This document shows, piece by piece, positions 38,620 through 49,325 of a stretch of 57,023 nucleotides of DNA. A program made the translations under genes and the position numbers. The notes below the pieces were generated by a model, which was not told the origin of the DNA, searched no databases, and saw only the letters and a list, made by a program, of their open reading frames with translations. Source of the stretch: Corallochytrium limacisporum Hawaii (Eukaryota; Protista; Pluriformea); NCBI GenBank assembly GCA_002811645.1, contig PDIP01000031.1, forward strand, positions 143,497 to 200,519, in the 5' to 3' direction. Numbering within the stretch: the first letter of the stretch is position 1; each line of letters begins with the position of its first letter.

Positions 38620-39870
38620 TTATTTCGCTGTGCTCACGAATCGCACAATATCTGTAGATTGCAGAACATAGTCTTTGCCTTCCTGGCGCAGCTTGCCAAG
38701 CTTCCGAATCTTGTCCTCTGCTTTGTACTGGATCAGATCTTCGATGGTGTACACTTCGGTTTTGATCAGTGACTTGGCAATTTCCGTATGAATGACATTA
38801 GCGGCCTGCTGCGCGGTAGCACCGATGCGTACTGGCCAAGCACGGACTTCAGCCTCGCCCGCGGTATAGAAAGTGTGCAAACCGAGAGTAGTCAGCGCTT
38901 GCTTGAGCACTGGTAAAGGTTCCAGATGATTCTGGATGCCTAGGTCCTCCATCATTTCTAGCATCTCTGCACGCTCCTTCTCACTGGTAGTGTTGAGTTC
39001 AAGCATGGCAGACACTGCCGCAGGCACAACCTTCTCTCCTTTAGCCTCGCAGTGCTTCAGAAAAACCTTTGCTGCATCATCACTCGGTCCGGTTCCATGG
39101 CAAATCTGGGACAATTGGTCCTCGCTCACGTTTGCAACATAGAATACGGGTTTTGCGGAGAGAAAGCCCCACTGGCGCAGGATTTGGCCTTCTTCGCTCT
39201 CTGGATCAAACTCGCTCCGCAATGACGTAGGATTGCCATCGACGCTCACCGTTTCGATGCATTTTCTGGCTGCCTTCAGCAGGGCTAGACTGTCGTGGTC
39301 GTCTCGCTTAATTGTGCGCTGAACACTGTCGATAAATTCCATATCTGCCATGGTAAGTTCTGACTCGATACCTTCAACGTCAGCGATGGGGTCGATGCGG
39401 TTATCAACGTGACTCACCAAATCCACTCCAGGGAAGCACCGCACCATATGCATAATGGCACTCACGCCGCGAATGTGGGCCAGAAAATGATTGCCCAACC
39501 CTTTACCCTCCGATGCGCCTCGAACAAGGCCAGCGATGTCGGTGATCCGGAACGTCTGTGGTGTGATCTTCTTCGTCCTGATGTGGTCCGCAATGGTTTT
39601 GAGATTTGGATCATCTACCAGAGCGATGCCTTCGTTGGGATCGATTGTGCAGAAGGGATAATTCTCGGCTGCGATCTGTGCCTTAGTGAGCATGTTGAAC
39701 ATAGATGACTTCCCGACATTGGGCATACCCACGAGTCCGATTGTCAGTGATCTAGTCTTTTGGGCCTTAGAATTAAATGTTGAAGCCATCCGTAAGGTCA
39801 CGTGCTGACCCTGAGCAATACGCAGCGGTATCCGGCCACCGAGTGCGCTCATCCGTTTCAAGCCTTCCAT
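38620..39870 (-). CDS. ychF: YchF/OLA1-family Obg ATPase, probably the organellar (bacterial-type, Ylf2-like) form
   Basis: GLVGMPNVGKSS, ENYPFCTIDPN, DIAGLVRGASEGKGLGN, G4 ANVSE and a TGS domain. The Arg-rich, acid-poor N-terminal extension looks like a mitochondrial presequence. Confidence 0.92.
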   Translation of the reverse strand: MEGLKRMSALGGRIPLRIAQGQHVTLRMASTFNSKAQKTRSLTIGLVGMPNVGKSSMFNMLTKAQIAAENYPFCTIDPNEGIALVDDPNLKTIADHIRTKKITPQTFRITDIAGLVRGASEGKGLGNHFLAHIRGVSAIMHMVRCFPGVDLVSHVDNRIDPIADVEGIESELTMADMEFIDSVQRTIKRDDHDSLALLKAARKCIETVSVDGNPTSLRSEFDPESEEGQILRQWGFLSAKPVFYVANVSEDQLSQICHGTGPSDDAAKVFLKHCEAKGEKVVPAAVSAMLELNTTSEKERAEMLEMMEDLGIQNHLEPLPVLKQALTTLGLHTFYTAGEAEVRAWPVRIGATAQQAANVIHTEIAKSLIKTEVYTIEDLIQYKAEDKIRKLGKLRQEGKDYVLQSTDIVRFVSTAK

Positions 39871-40322
39871 ATTGAGGACGGGTATACTATAAAGTTGGCC
39901 CGGTCATGATAGCGAAATAATCTCAATTTTCGCACTGCTATGTGATCAGTTCATCTCTTGAAAAACTATCAATGGACATATCATAGATACCTGGGACAGC
40001 CGAGAACTGCATTTGAAGGGCTCCTGCAGGCCTTGTGTCCACGCGACCCACCCGCTCGCACTAAACCACCCGCACTCCCAAACCTGGCAGGGGCAAGGAG
40101 GCTCAGAATTGATTCTTGTGTCAGAAGTTAATACATTCAGTATGAAGAAATACGAGGAGGGATAGTGCCCAGAAACGATGTCGGCATGAGAAACTATACA
40201 ATTTAATTATGCTAAATGTGATTATGACAATTACGGCGAGATGAGATGGATGTAAGCTGCCTATGGAGCGAATGGATGATGACGAGAAGTGCCATGATGA
40301 GCGAAACGCTGTCCGATCACCA

Positions 40323-40835
40323 TTAGGAAATATACGACATGCCCTGTGAAGGAGCAATACAAGGTCCTGCGTCCAGGTTCAGCTGTTGGTTCATCACATA
40401 CTCTAATTCCGAGTCATAGTCGTCCGCTGCCATCTTGATATTCCCATTCGGATTGTACACACCATCGATTTGATGCTGCAAAATAGGCTGTGGTTGGTTC
40501 CTAGTTTGCTCGACACTGTCCACAGCCGATCTCTGTTCCCTTTGACTCAAGGCCTCTCCACTTTTCGAAGCCATGTTCTCTTTGTCTTGCGGCGACAATT
40601 TGCTACTCTGTTGTGAAGTTGTGCTCTTCTTGTATGTCATGAATATGTTACTGTCTCTGTTGCATGATCTGTTATCCAGGTTTGAGACTTCCAATTGGTT
40701 CTTGAAGAGTTGTGACAATTGGTGCACCGACATATTTTCTGTCGTCCGATGCTGGACACTGCAACTACTATTCGACTGAATAGTGTTCTCAGGCAATAAC
40801 CCACGATTTGGGTTGTTGAAACCGTACGTTGCCAT
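40323..40835 (-). CDS. Orphan disordered protein (170 aa) with KEN box and Akirin-like C-terminal SYIS
   Basis: A/C-rich leader and A at -3 (cacaacaacacagaATG), as in neighbouring genes. S/N/Q-rich, contains DKEN, ends GMSYIS-stop. Confidence 0.65.
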   Translation of the reverse strand: MATYGFNNPNRGLLPENTIQSNSSCSVQHRTTENMSVHQLSQLFKNQLEVSNLDNRSCNRDSNIFMTYKKSTTSQQSSKLSPQDKENMASKSGEALSQREQRSAVDSVEQTRNQPQPILQHQIDGVYNPNGNIKMAADDYDSELEYVMNQQLNLDAGPCIAPSQGMSYIS

Positions 40836-42542
40836 TCTGTGTTGTTGTGAATTACTTCCGTTCTCTGTTCATTAACTCATTGATGGATTCTACATATACT
40901 CCCTTGTCTCTTTCTATGGTTCATTACATCGTCATTTTCAACGCGTGATGAGGACTTCCATTTATAGCATCGTTGACAAAATACAAACAAGAAATCTTTT
41001 GCCACAATCTTAAGTTTAACATTTATGCATGGCACAATTGGAATAAGGTGGGCACGTTCCCAATCACACACTAAGTTTGTCATTGAAGCCTGTAATGTTG
41101 ACATTTCCCAAATGACGGGTTAAACGAAAGCGCAGTTGGTTGCTCGTTTCCCAATGCTTTGACACAAATGACGTGTGTCTCGTTCAACTCTCGTTTACTC
41201 CGCTCAGTGTCTTTATGTCAGTACATTCACTATATGCATTCCGGATCGACAGAAGATGGTGAGGGGTGTGGAGTAGAAGACGACGCTGGGCAAGCAATCG
41301 TAAATGGAATGTCCAGGAACACGTATAAAGCCGGATACTGAGCTGAGGGGACATAGCCACGGTCACCCCGACCAAAGAGGCTTCTCTATATTCACTATGC
41401 CGCACTCCCGACAAAGAATATCCTCAAGAGAGGAAGTCATTCCGGGGCACAAGAAAGAAAAAAATTTTCCCCTTCCATATGCACCTAGGAGCACCTGACA
41501 CTTCGTATGTTCAGTATATGACGAGACGCCATTGATGATTTCCTTGGGAAACCCTTTGGGAGACGTCCGCACCCGCCCTTGCGCACAAACCTCCCGGTGA
41601 TATCTATTCGTACGAATGGAATGACATTCCCTGAATATTTAATATGGGGAATGTAAATCCGTTCAACCCGAGCAAGTGTTTGGAAGGGGCGGGGCCGGAA
41701 ACAAAGGCTGCCTCCTTTGGGCAACTTCGCAAATGCGGCCGGAAAGACTCCTTCCCCTCGTCTGTGGTGGTCCAGATCCCAATTTCAGTATCTAATGAAT
41801 ACAAATCTTTAGCGAAATAGTATGGCAATGTGCAACTCGAGGTTGTGATGGCAGTTGCCTTCGGCCCATGGTGTTCGCAGACTCACGTCAGTTGATTCTT
41901 CGGCAGACTACCCCACCTCCGGCTAGTATATTTACTATGGGCAGTCGTATTCACCAAAGGGGATCCCAAATATAGCACGGGTGGATGGCACCGAACATAA
42001 TTGCTGCAGCCCTGGAGAACCCGCCCTCACATATATAGAAGCCCAATACAATATTGGGCAATCGATGCCGACAACGAGGAACCAATCAGGAAGTGGGGGG
42101 TGATGACCACGCCGGTTGGGGTTCATTCAGTACGGGAGGGGCAACGTCAATGGAAAAACTACTACACACATTTCGATGGGACCCTTGTCCCAATCGCTAG
42201 TTATTGAGGTGAATGTACCCAAATGGATGGTAGCATAGTGCAGTTGCAGAACAGACCGACCGGCTGTAGTATTGGAGAGGTGCGAGTGATTGCCTGGGGG
42301 TACATTGGTGACAACGTAAGGCATCCTCACCGCTTTGGTAAGTGTAGCTGACAAATCGGGCAAGAAATTACGAGGTGGTTTGAAATCTCCAGCCAGAAAC
42401 AGTGGCCGAGCCAACGCACTTGGGGCTTCCTATACCACAATAAAGACAGAGACTGAAAAGGCTTCTAGAGACCTTTATGTGTGCGAAAGTAAGTTTTGTA
42501 GCGGTATTTGAAACAAACACGCATAGCTGAGATCGAGGACAA

Positions 42543-43970
42543 ATGGTGACTTTCCCAAGCAGCCTATCTGCTCGTGGCAACTCCTTGCCACGGTTCGACC
42601 ACATCAACATGATCGATGATAATGAAGTGGTTCTGAAAGATGTCGCCATTGGAACCATAATTGTTTTGTGTGGCATTTTGGGTGCTGGGGTGCTGGGTGT
42701 ACCGTACGCGTTTGAGTCCGTTGGTGGCATTGGCCAGGACTGGGTTCCATATGGAATCATTGGATTAGCAGTAGTTTCAGGGCTACAGATTTATACTTCT
42801 CTGCTCCTCTCCCGTGCAATGAAAATTGTTAATGATGCAGACGGCCAAGTTTCCACCTATGCAGATTACGGGAAATTCTTCCTCGGCCCGACCATGAAGG
42901 TGGCCATTCTGGTCTCACAGATGGGAACTTGCATTGGGTACACACTGCTGTTTCTGGTTGCCACTGGCCAGAATCTAGAGAACGTAGTGCCGCTCCCGGT
43001 CGCCTATGGACGTCAGATCTACAGTGGTGCTGTTGCAGTAGTTGTCGCACCATTTGTACTCAAGAAGACCATGAAGGAGAATATGGTGGTGAGCATTCTG
43101 GGATTTGCAGCATCCGCGGCGGTCCTAGTTACAGTATGCGTCATTACTGCAATGGATATGGACAATGACACAGAAATGGGACCACGAGTGGAAAAAGAAG
43201 TCGGGCCAGATACATCGATATGGAATGTGGTTCAAGGCTTGGCAATGATGGTATACGCCTATGCACCACATCCGTTGCTTCCAGACGTTCAGCGGTCTGT
43301 GACCCATGGGAGCATGCCTTGGATCATTTTCTGCAGTCTTGGCTTCACCACTGTAGCCTTTGTCATAATGGGAACACTCACTGGGCTTTCGTTCGGGTGT
43401 GTTTTGAGATCAAACATCCTGCTCAACTTGACAGGTACGGTTGCTGGCGACGTTGTGAGTGTGGCCATGGCCTTACATTTGATGGCAGCCCTGGTGATCT
43501 ATCTCATCCCCATCTACCACTGGCTTGAGTCAGACTACTTGGAACTCGCTGGCGAATCCATCCAAGAGTCTACTGAAGAGACAATTCGGGAAGAGGATAG
43601 ACCGCTCTTGCGTGATGGACACAACATGGAAGGCGAGGAAGATAAGGTTGATTGGAGCCTGGAAAGGAAGAGGGTGGCTTTCAGACTCACCTGGCTGGCT
43701 GGGACAGCCCTGATCTCCCTCTTCTTTGATGACATTGGAACATTAATGGGTCTCATCGGTGGATCAACGTTGATCACCAACACAATCCTTTGTCCCGCAA
43801 TCATCCAAATGAAGATTGATTATGATTCTGGAGCATACTTCCGCAAGCCTTCATTTCTGGCCTGCGCCCTCATCTGCTTCTTGTGCACTCTTCTCGGAGT
43901 GGCTGCTACCAGCCTAGAAGCCTTCAGCATTTTCACCGGCCATCAAGAACACAGTCCTTGTCATATGTGA
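42543..43970 (+). CDS. Amino acid transporter, AAAP/Aa_trans family (SLC32/36/38-like)
   Basis: ILGAGVLGVPYAF, TYADYG and YAYAPHPLLPDVQRS motifs, about 11 TM segments. An acidic dileucine EDRPLL in the late loop suggests vacuolar or lysosomal sorting. Confidence 0.92.
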   Translation: MVTFPSSLSARGNSLPRFDHINMIDDNEVVLKDVAIGTIIVLCGILGAGVLGVPYAFESVGGIGQDWVPYGIIGLAVVSGLQIYTSLLLSRAMKIVNDADGQVSTYADYGKFFLGPTMKVAILVSQMGTCIGYTLLFLVATGQNLENVVPLPVAYGRQIYSGAVAVVVAPFVLKKTMKENMVVSILGFAASAAVLVTVCVITAMDMDNDTEMGPRVEKEVGPDTSIWNVVQGLAMMVYAYAPHPLLPDVQRSVTHGSMPWIIFCSLGFTTVAFVIMGTLTGLSFGCVLRSNILLNLTGTVAGDVVSVAMALHLMAALVIYLIPIYHWLESDYLELAGESIQESTEETIREEDRPLLRDGHNMEGEEDKVDWSLERKRVAFRLTWLAGTALISLFFDDIGTLMGLIGGSTLITNTILCPAIIQMKIDYDSGAYFRKPSFLACALICFLCTLLGVAATSLEAFSIFTGHQEHSPCHM

Positions 43971-44896
43971 CGACGGGCGATGAGACCAATTCATCACCCA
44001 ATTTATTGGGCTGCAGCTCTCTAGTCATACTTTTTCTCTTAAAGTATACGTATAAGAATAATATAGATTACCGTAGTGGCAGGATGCGAACAGACACGAT
44101 CATCACCACTGCGGATGACGCAAACTCGCTTCGCCACCCTCAGTTTATTTAATGTAGATCTTGTGGTATCTTTTTTGATATGCAGGATCATCAATCGCTG
44201 ATAACAGTTGTTCATGCCATAGATTGTTGAAGAGGGGACCCATCAAGTGACGCCAACCTCGCTGGTCCGAGGTTTGGTGGAACTCTCCACACCTCAGTAT
44301 GCCGTCCAATCAACGACACATTGCAGACCCAAGCAAATCTGGTTTCCTGCATCCTCTACGGCAAACGCATAAGCAGAGTTGCACAGAAATAGGAACGGGG
44401 CGTTATTGTAGTGTTATGAGTGTGATGGGGTGTTCGAGTTCAAATTCGTATCTGGGACACGTTAAAGATGCCCGGTCATCAGAAGACGAGCATGTCCAAA
44501 CCAGGCAATACAAGTGGTACCTCCCCTTGGGAACCCCCCAATCTCTGCTCACTCAAAACTTTCCATACCACCCTCCTTATTTTTCTTCCTCGGGCTACGA
44601 CTAGTTCGCTTAGAAACGGTGGTCGGCAACGGACCCACGCTGCCAGATTCCATATTTTTATACTGTCTATTTCTCGCCATGCTTGCGAAATTGATACAGT
44701 TTTGGTAGGGCTGGGAGCGCTTGTGCCGGGCATCCTAGAAAAATGGCGGCTCACATTAAACTGCCGAAAGCTACCCATACTTTCTTGGAACTATGTCCAC
44801 AGGTCCGTAAAGCAAAATCGGACCGATGTGAAAAGAACAGGTGAACATGGGAAATAGGGAAATCCACAGTAGGAAAGCAGAGTTGCCATTGTCCGA

Positions 44897-45061
44897 AGCC
44901 AATTGGCTGTTTCCTTCATGCTCTGTGGGGAGAAGTGTGCAAATGGCCCGTATTTCTGCTAGTCCGCTATACATGACTCGTACTCTGCCAACACCAAAGA
45001 CTAAGCGAGATGTACTGGGTGAGAAGGGATCGTGCTGCTATTAGCAGCCAATTGGCTGTTT
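44897..45061. promoter_or_regulatory. Two identical 16-mers AGCCAATTGGCTGTTT (palindromic double CCAAT box)
   Basis: Copies at 44897-44912 and 45046-45061, about 1.1 kb upstream of Tweety. Confidence 0.5.
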
Positions 45062-46107
45062 GTTGGGAGCACCAAGCGAGGCAAACTGGAGGGAACGGAG
45101 AGCCCCTCGAACTCTCCGTTTTTCACAACCTCGGTCCCTTGATTTTCAGATCGCAGAAGTACCTAGCAAAAGAAACCGCGAAACAGGCGACAAACATAAT
45201 TCGCTACCTCGCCTCGAATTCGCCTACAGTGTTTGCATCGTGTTCCAGAAAGGATAGAAGTGACTGCGTGTTGCTACCACAGTTGGCTATAGCTTCAGTA
45301 TGGAATATTCTCTCTGCCGGACACAGTTCTTCCTTTCCTACGGTTTCATATCCGAGCCGGTGACCCAATATAGATCGATCGGACAGCTTGACGGTGCCCA
45401 CAGTCTTTCTCCATCGTAATAATAGGCGGGGAGGAATGGGAAACAGACAAAACGGACACACCGCAACCACGCACAGGCGGGTCCGTGCGCACCAGTGAAT
45501 TGATGCCGCACCGAAGAGGCACAGTATGTCAGACTCTTCGAGCTGAGGCACCATACATTACATATGAAAATAGCAGTACCAATGGTGCGAGCATTTCTTG
45601 GCACCTTGGGGTGTCCGGAGGGAGGACGGGGCGACCAAAGGGAAGTGGTGAGGGGAAGGGCATGGACGGCATCGAAAGCCGAATGAGAAGTGACGAACTC
45701 TTCCCCTGAAATAGTGTATCCTAGGGAGACTCGCTTTCACCCTGGTTGGTATCAACTGCATATGACCTCGTACTTGGTGGATCTTTGTCGTAATTGCTGT
45801 TTTCAGAAGTAGCCGATGGAAAGCCGCATTCGGACCCGACAGATGAGATGGTCCGAGCCCTGATGTGCAATGAAGTAGTTCGTTTTTCGTGTGCATAAGG
45901 AAACAGCGCAGTTGCCAATTGTTCTCATTATGAGTGTTGGACACCATTGATATCTACGAAATGTATCAATTGCCCTAATAGTTTTTAGAGAGGACAGGTA
46001 CATCAGAGTAAAAGGTAATGATCAGAGATATCGCTTTACGCACTTTCACAAGAATGCATGTGTATGTGGGTGCGAATCCGGGTGGTGAATTTAGGTCTTA
46101 AGCAACC

Positions 46108-47478
46108 ATGTCTTACAGCCCCCCCACGTATACTCCCACAACGTATGTTGAGAATTTCAATAAGGTTCCTCGGTTTGTTGGTTCCAATGAGTTTGAAACT
46201 ACAGAGGACTATGCCATTGGTGTCGCTGCTACCGGTGCACCTTTCGTGTTGATCGGTGTTCTCATCCTGATTATTACTCCCCTGGCTCTTATCTGTGGTT
46301 GCTGTCGAAAGTTTTGCTGCAAGCCCAAGGACAAGGAAAAGAAGACTAGGGTATCCAAGAGGCGTCGCATTTTCTACTTCGTCTTCCTGTGCATTGCCGT
46401 CGGAGGTTGTGCGATTGCTTACGCTGGACTGGGAACTTCCAAGGATGCTGCCGATCTCATTCAGCAGTCTATCGGCGATATCAGTGATCTGTTTTCGGCC
46501 GCTTCCGCATCTACATCACAGATGTCTAGCTATGCTTCCGCTGCTTCCACCGATGTTACCGACATCGAGACTGAGTGTCCTGCCCTGGCCTCTGGTGACA
46601 CCACCGACATTAAGAACTCCCTTGACGAACTTGTTAGTCAACTGGATGAATTGACCGACCTGGTTGGAGATGTCAACGGTGACATTGATGACTTTGAGAA
46701 CGACTTTGAGAACTATGATAACAAGCGCATTACGGTGACCATCATTGTTTTGGCTTGCGCTACCGGTCTCGTTGGTGCCTACTTCTTGTCCTGCTTGATC
46801 GCTATGGTGTTTGAAAAGAAGACTGGCTGCTGCGGTAAGTGCTGTTCTTGCTGCTCCATTACTCTGGGCCGTCTCATTATGCCTATTACCTACATCATTG
46901 TGGTCGTTGTTTGGATTCTTGTAGGTGTCATGTTTGCCATCACGGTTGGCTTGTCCGACTTTTGCATCGATCCCAATGGATTCATTATGGCTGAGCTTGG
47001 TACCTCGGACACTTCCACATCCATTAGCTATTACCTAACCTGTAACGGCACTAACCCCATGTACGATGCCATCGACGAGGCGCGCACTGCTGGCACTGAC
47101 GCCCTAGCTGACATTGGCGACCTCCGCACTGCCGCTAGTGCTGCCTGTCCCGCTAGTACCGTCGTACAGGATGAAATTGACAGCCTAGAGGCCAACCTGA
47201 ACTCCCTACTTAGTGAGTTGACAGTGATTGAAGACGACGTCATCAGCTGTGAGGCTGTCAACAGCATCTATGTCACCTTCATGTACGATGGTATGTGCGA
47301 CAAGGTGACCCAGAGCATGGTTCTGTGGTTCGTCGGTTTCCTGATGCTGGTTCTCGGCCTGACCGTCGCTCTCTTCATGTACAACAGCACCGCCAAGCCG
47401 AATCGCCGCCAGCAGGTTGTTCCTGAGGATGCCTACTACCCTAAGCCTCAGCAACAATACTACCACGCTGGTGTGTAA
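46108..47478 (+). CDS. Tweety (TTYH) family membrane protein
   Basis: 5-TM layout with an N-terminal Y-x-P...VPR, Cys-rich juxtamembrane clusters, the signature SDFCIDP, YYLTC, and C-x-x-V...GMCD. Confidence 0.85.
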   Translation: MSYSPPTYTPTTYVENFNKVPRFVGSNEFETTEDYAIGVAATGAPFVLIGVLILIITPLALICGCCRKFCCKPKDKEKKTRVSKRRRIFYFVFLCIAVGGCAIAYAGLGTSKDAADLIQQSIGDISDLFSAASASTSQMSSYASAASTDVTDIETECPALASGDTTDIKNSLDELVSQLDELTDLVGDVNGDIDDFENDFENYDNKRITVTIIVLACATGLVGAYFLSCLIAMVFEKKTGCCGKCCSCCSITLGRLIMPITYIIVVVVWILVGVMFAITVGLSDFCIDPNGFIMAELGTSDTSTSISYYLTCNGTNPMYDAIDEARTAGTDALADIGDLRTAASAACPASTVVQDEIDSLEANLNSLLSELTVIEDDVISCEAVNSIYVTFMYDGMCDKVTQSMVLWFVGFLMLVLGLTVALFMYNSTAKPNRRQQVVPEDAYYPKPQQQYYHAGV

Positions 47479-47707
47479 TTTGAAACAGTACAAACACAAA
47501 CTGCCCTCGAGGAACATAAGGAACACATATTTGAATGTAAAGTTGCACAAGGTCAATAAACATGAGTATACTATCGAATCTTATTTAGGTTGGAACATCG
47601 AGCTGACATCACTGCATAGTAAGCTCTTCTCTTTCTTTAACATTGCAAACACTTGTCATTTACGTACGTCATGTTCGGTCTCAATTCTTTAACAAGAAGC
47701 GCACAAT

Positions 47708-47929
47708 TTACATATAGTACATTTCGAACATCATCCCTGATTGTACCTCATAGTCGGCCAGCGTAATATGGTCCTTGTAGATCTGATCAGATTTCTTCAA
47801 GACTATTTTTGCGGGTGAGGTGCCGACTAACTCACCAATCATGAGCTTGAGATCGCCAACGGTGTCATCGTCATTACAAAGAACCCGCACTGACGTGCCC
47901 AGTCGATCGTTCGCAAAAACCTCAAGCAT
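47708..47929 (-). CDS. UBL5: Ubiquitin-like protein 5 / Hub1
   Basis: 73 aa. NDRLG, VRV-x-C, DTVGDLK, KIVLKK, KDHI and the C-terminal YY-x. Confidence 0.95.
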   Translation of the reverse strand: MLEVFANDRLGTSVRVLCNDDDTVGDLKLMIGELVGTSPAKIVLKKSDQIYKDHITLADYEVQSGMMFEMYYM

Positions 47930-48506
47930 TCAGTAAAGCTGTCACTGCAGCACCTGAACAGGACGGTGCATGTTCCGCAAACTTTCATGCAGAACTCCCA
48001 AGCCTGATTCATATTGCGTGCAGAAGACGATCACAAGTACCTCCAGAGACGGAAACATAGCGACCCCAGTGACCCCTTTCCCTTGAACCCCCAAAGGCTA
48101 TAGCAGGCCCGGGCCACGGGAATGGGAGCGCAGACAGCGGCGAAGCCGTTCGCATTTGGCGCCCACCGCCTTTGTAGATGAGGGCAACGGATTCGCTCAC
48201 GCACTGTCAGATTGAATCGACAGCAAGTGACCGGCCGGCCCCTATTTGCTGAGTCCACCGTCACTACTAATTTTGTTCTGAGTGTATTATTTATCATGAC
48301 TCCGCTTCTGCTTCATTGTGCCCCTGCGCTACTATGTTATTCTCAACTCACAGTTCGCACTCCACAACTATAGACGAGCAACGGCGCAAGGCAAATATCT
48401 TGGAGGTATGAACATCACTATACAGGTACAATATACTAGGGCAGGCACATGCACACCCATTCCTGGCAACTGTCGCCTGCTGTTGGGTGTATACTCAGTT
48501 TGCGTG

Positions 48507-48570
48507 TGAGGCCCTGAGGCTCCCTTCCCATTCTCTGTATGAGTCCCTGAAGTTCCCTTCCCACACTCTC
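48507..48570 (+). repeat. Imperfect 33-bp direct repeat (2 copies)
   Basis: TGAGGCCCTGAGGCTCCCTTCCCA at 48507 versus TGAGTCCCTGAAGTTCCCTTCCCA at 48540, 21/24 identical. Confidence 0.7.
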
Positions 48571-49325
48571 CTCGTAAATTGCTACATGATTGCGCGCGCG
48601 GGAGCGCATATGGGAAGCGAAGGACAGCAACCTCTAAACACAGCTCACTGTGCAGCACTGCGGCTTTGGCAAAAGAAAATCCCTAAGTGAGCGTGGTCAG
48701 AAACCATCACCACCTCAAACCATTCATTCACTGCTGCGCAATCACGTAATTGTGTAGTTGTCACTGTGTGCTGCACATATTGCCGACTTGTTGTGCCAGG
48801 GTACCCCAAAAAACCTAAGTGCGCAATAAAAATATGTGGACTAATACTGAAAGTACTGTAGTTTTCGGGAGCGGTTGTTTACTTGCAGTTGGTTAGGAGA
48901 GGGGCTTCAGGAAGTGTTGTTTGAAAGCTGCCGCAGAACTGGAGTACTTTCGTTGGCAAACAGTGTCTCCTTCTTCTCCTACCTTGGGGGTGCCCTCTAT
49001 TCCTGCAAACACCAAACGTAAATTTTTCCCTCGGTCGATCGTGGAGAGTGACCGCTACACAGCTAGAGTCGGGTTTCGCTACGTATTGTGCCGTGTGTGC
49101 TGTGAACACTGGCCCACACAACCGGAATGCGAAAAGACGGCGGGGTAATATGTCAACGAACTAGTGTTGTGCCGGAGGTGGATTGTAATATATAGTCCAT
49201 ATCTTAATCCACCGTACAGGTAGAATTTGGGTTGAGTTGCTAATCGGACAGAAACGGCTTAGATCTACTTGACCAAGAAGACAAAAGGGCTTATCCAATG
49301 GGATTTGAAGCCATAGATTACAACA

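Noticed and set aside
41604-41828. Short ORF with a kelch-like strand (KDLYSLDTEIGIWT)
   Set aside because: A single 14-aa resemblance with no further repeats in adjacent frames is not enough to call a gene or pseudogene.
46120-46131. PPTY (Nedd4 PY motif) at the Tweety N-terminus
   Set aside because: The Tweety N-terminus is extracytoplasmic, and the Y-x-P there belongs to the family's N-terminal motif.
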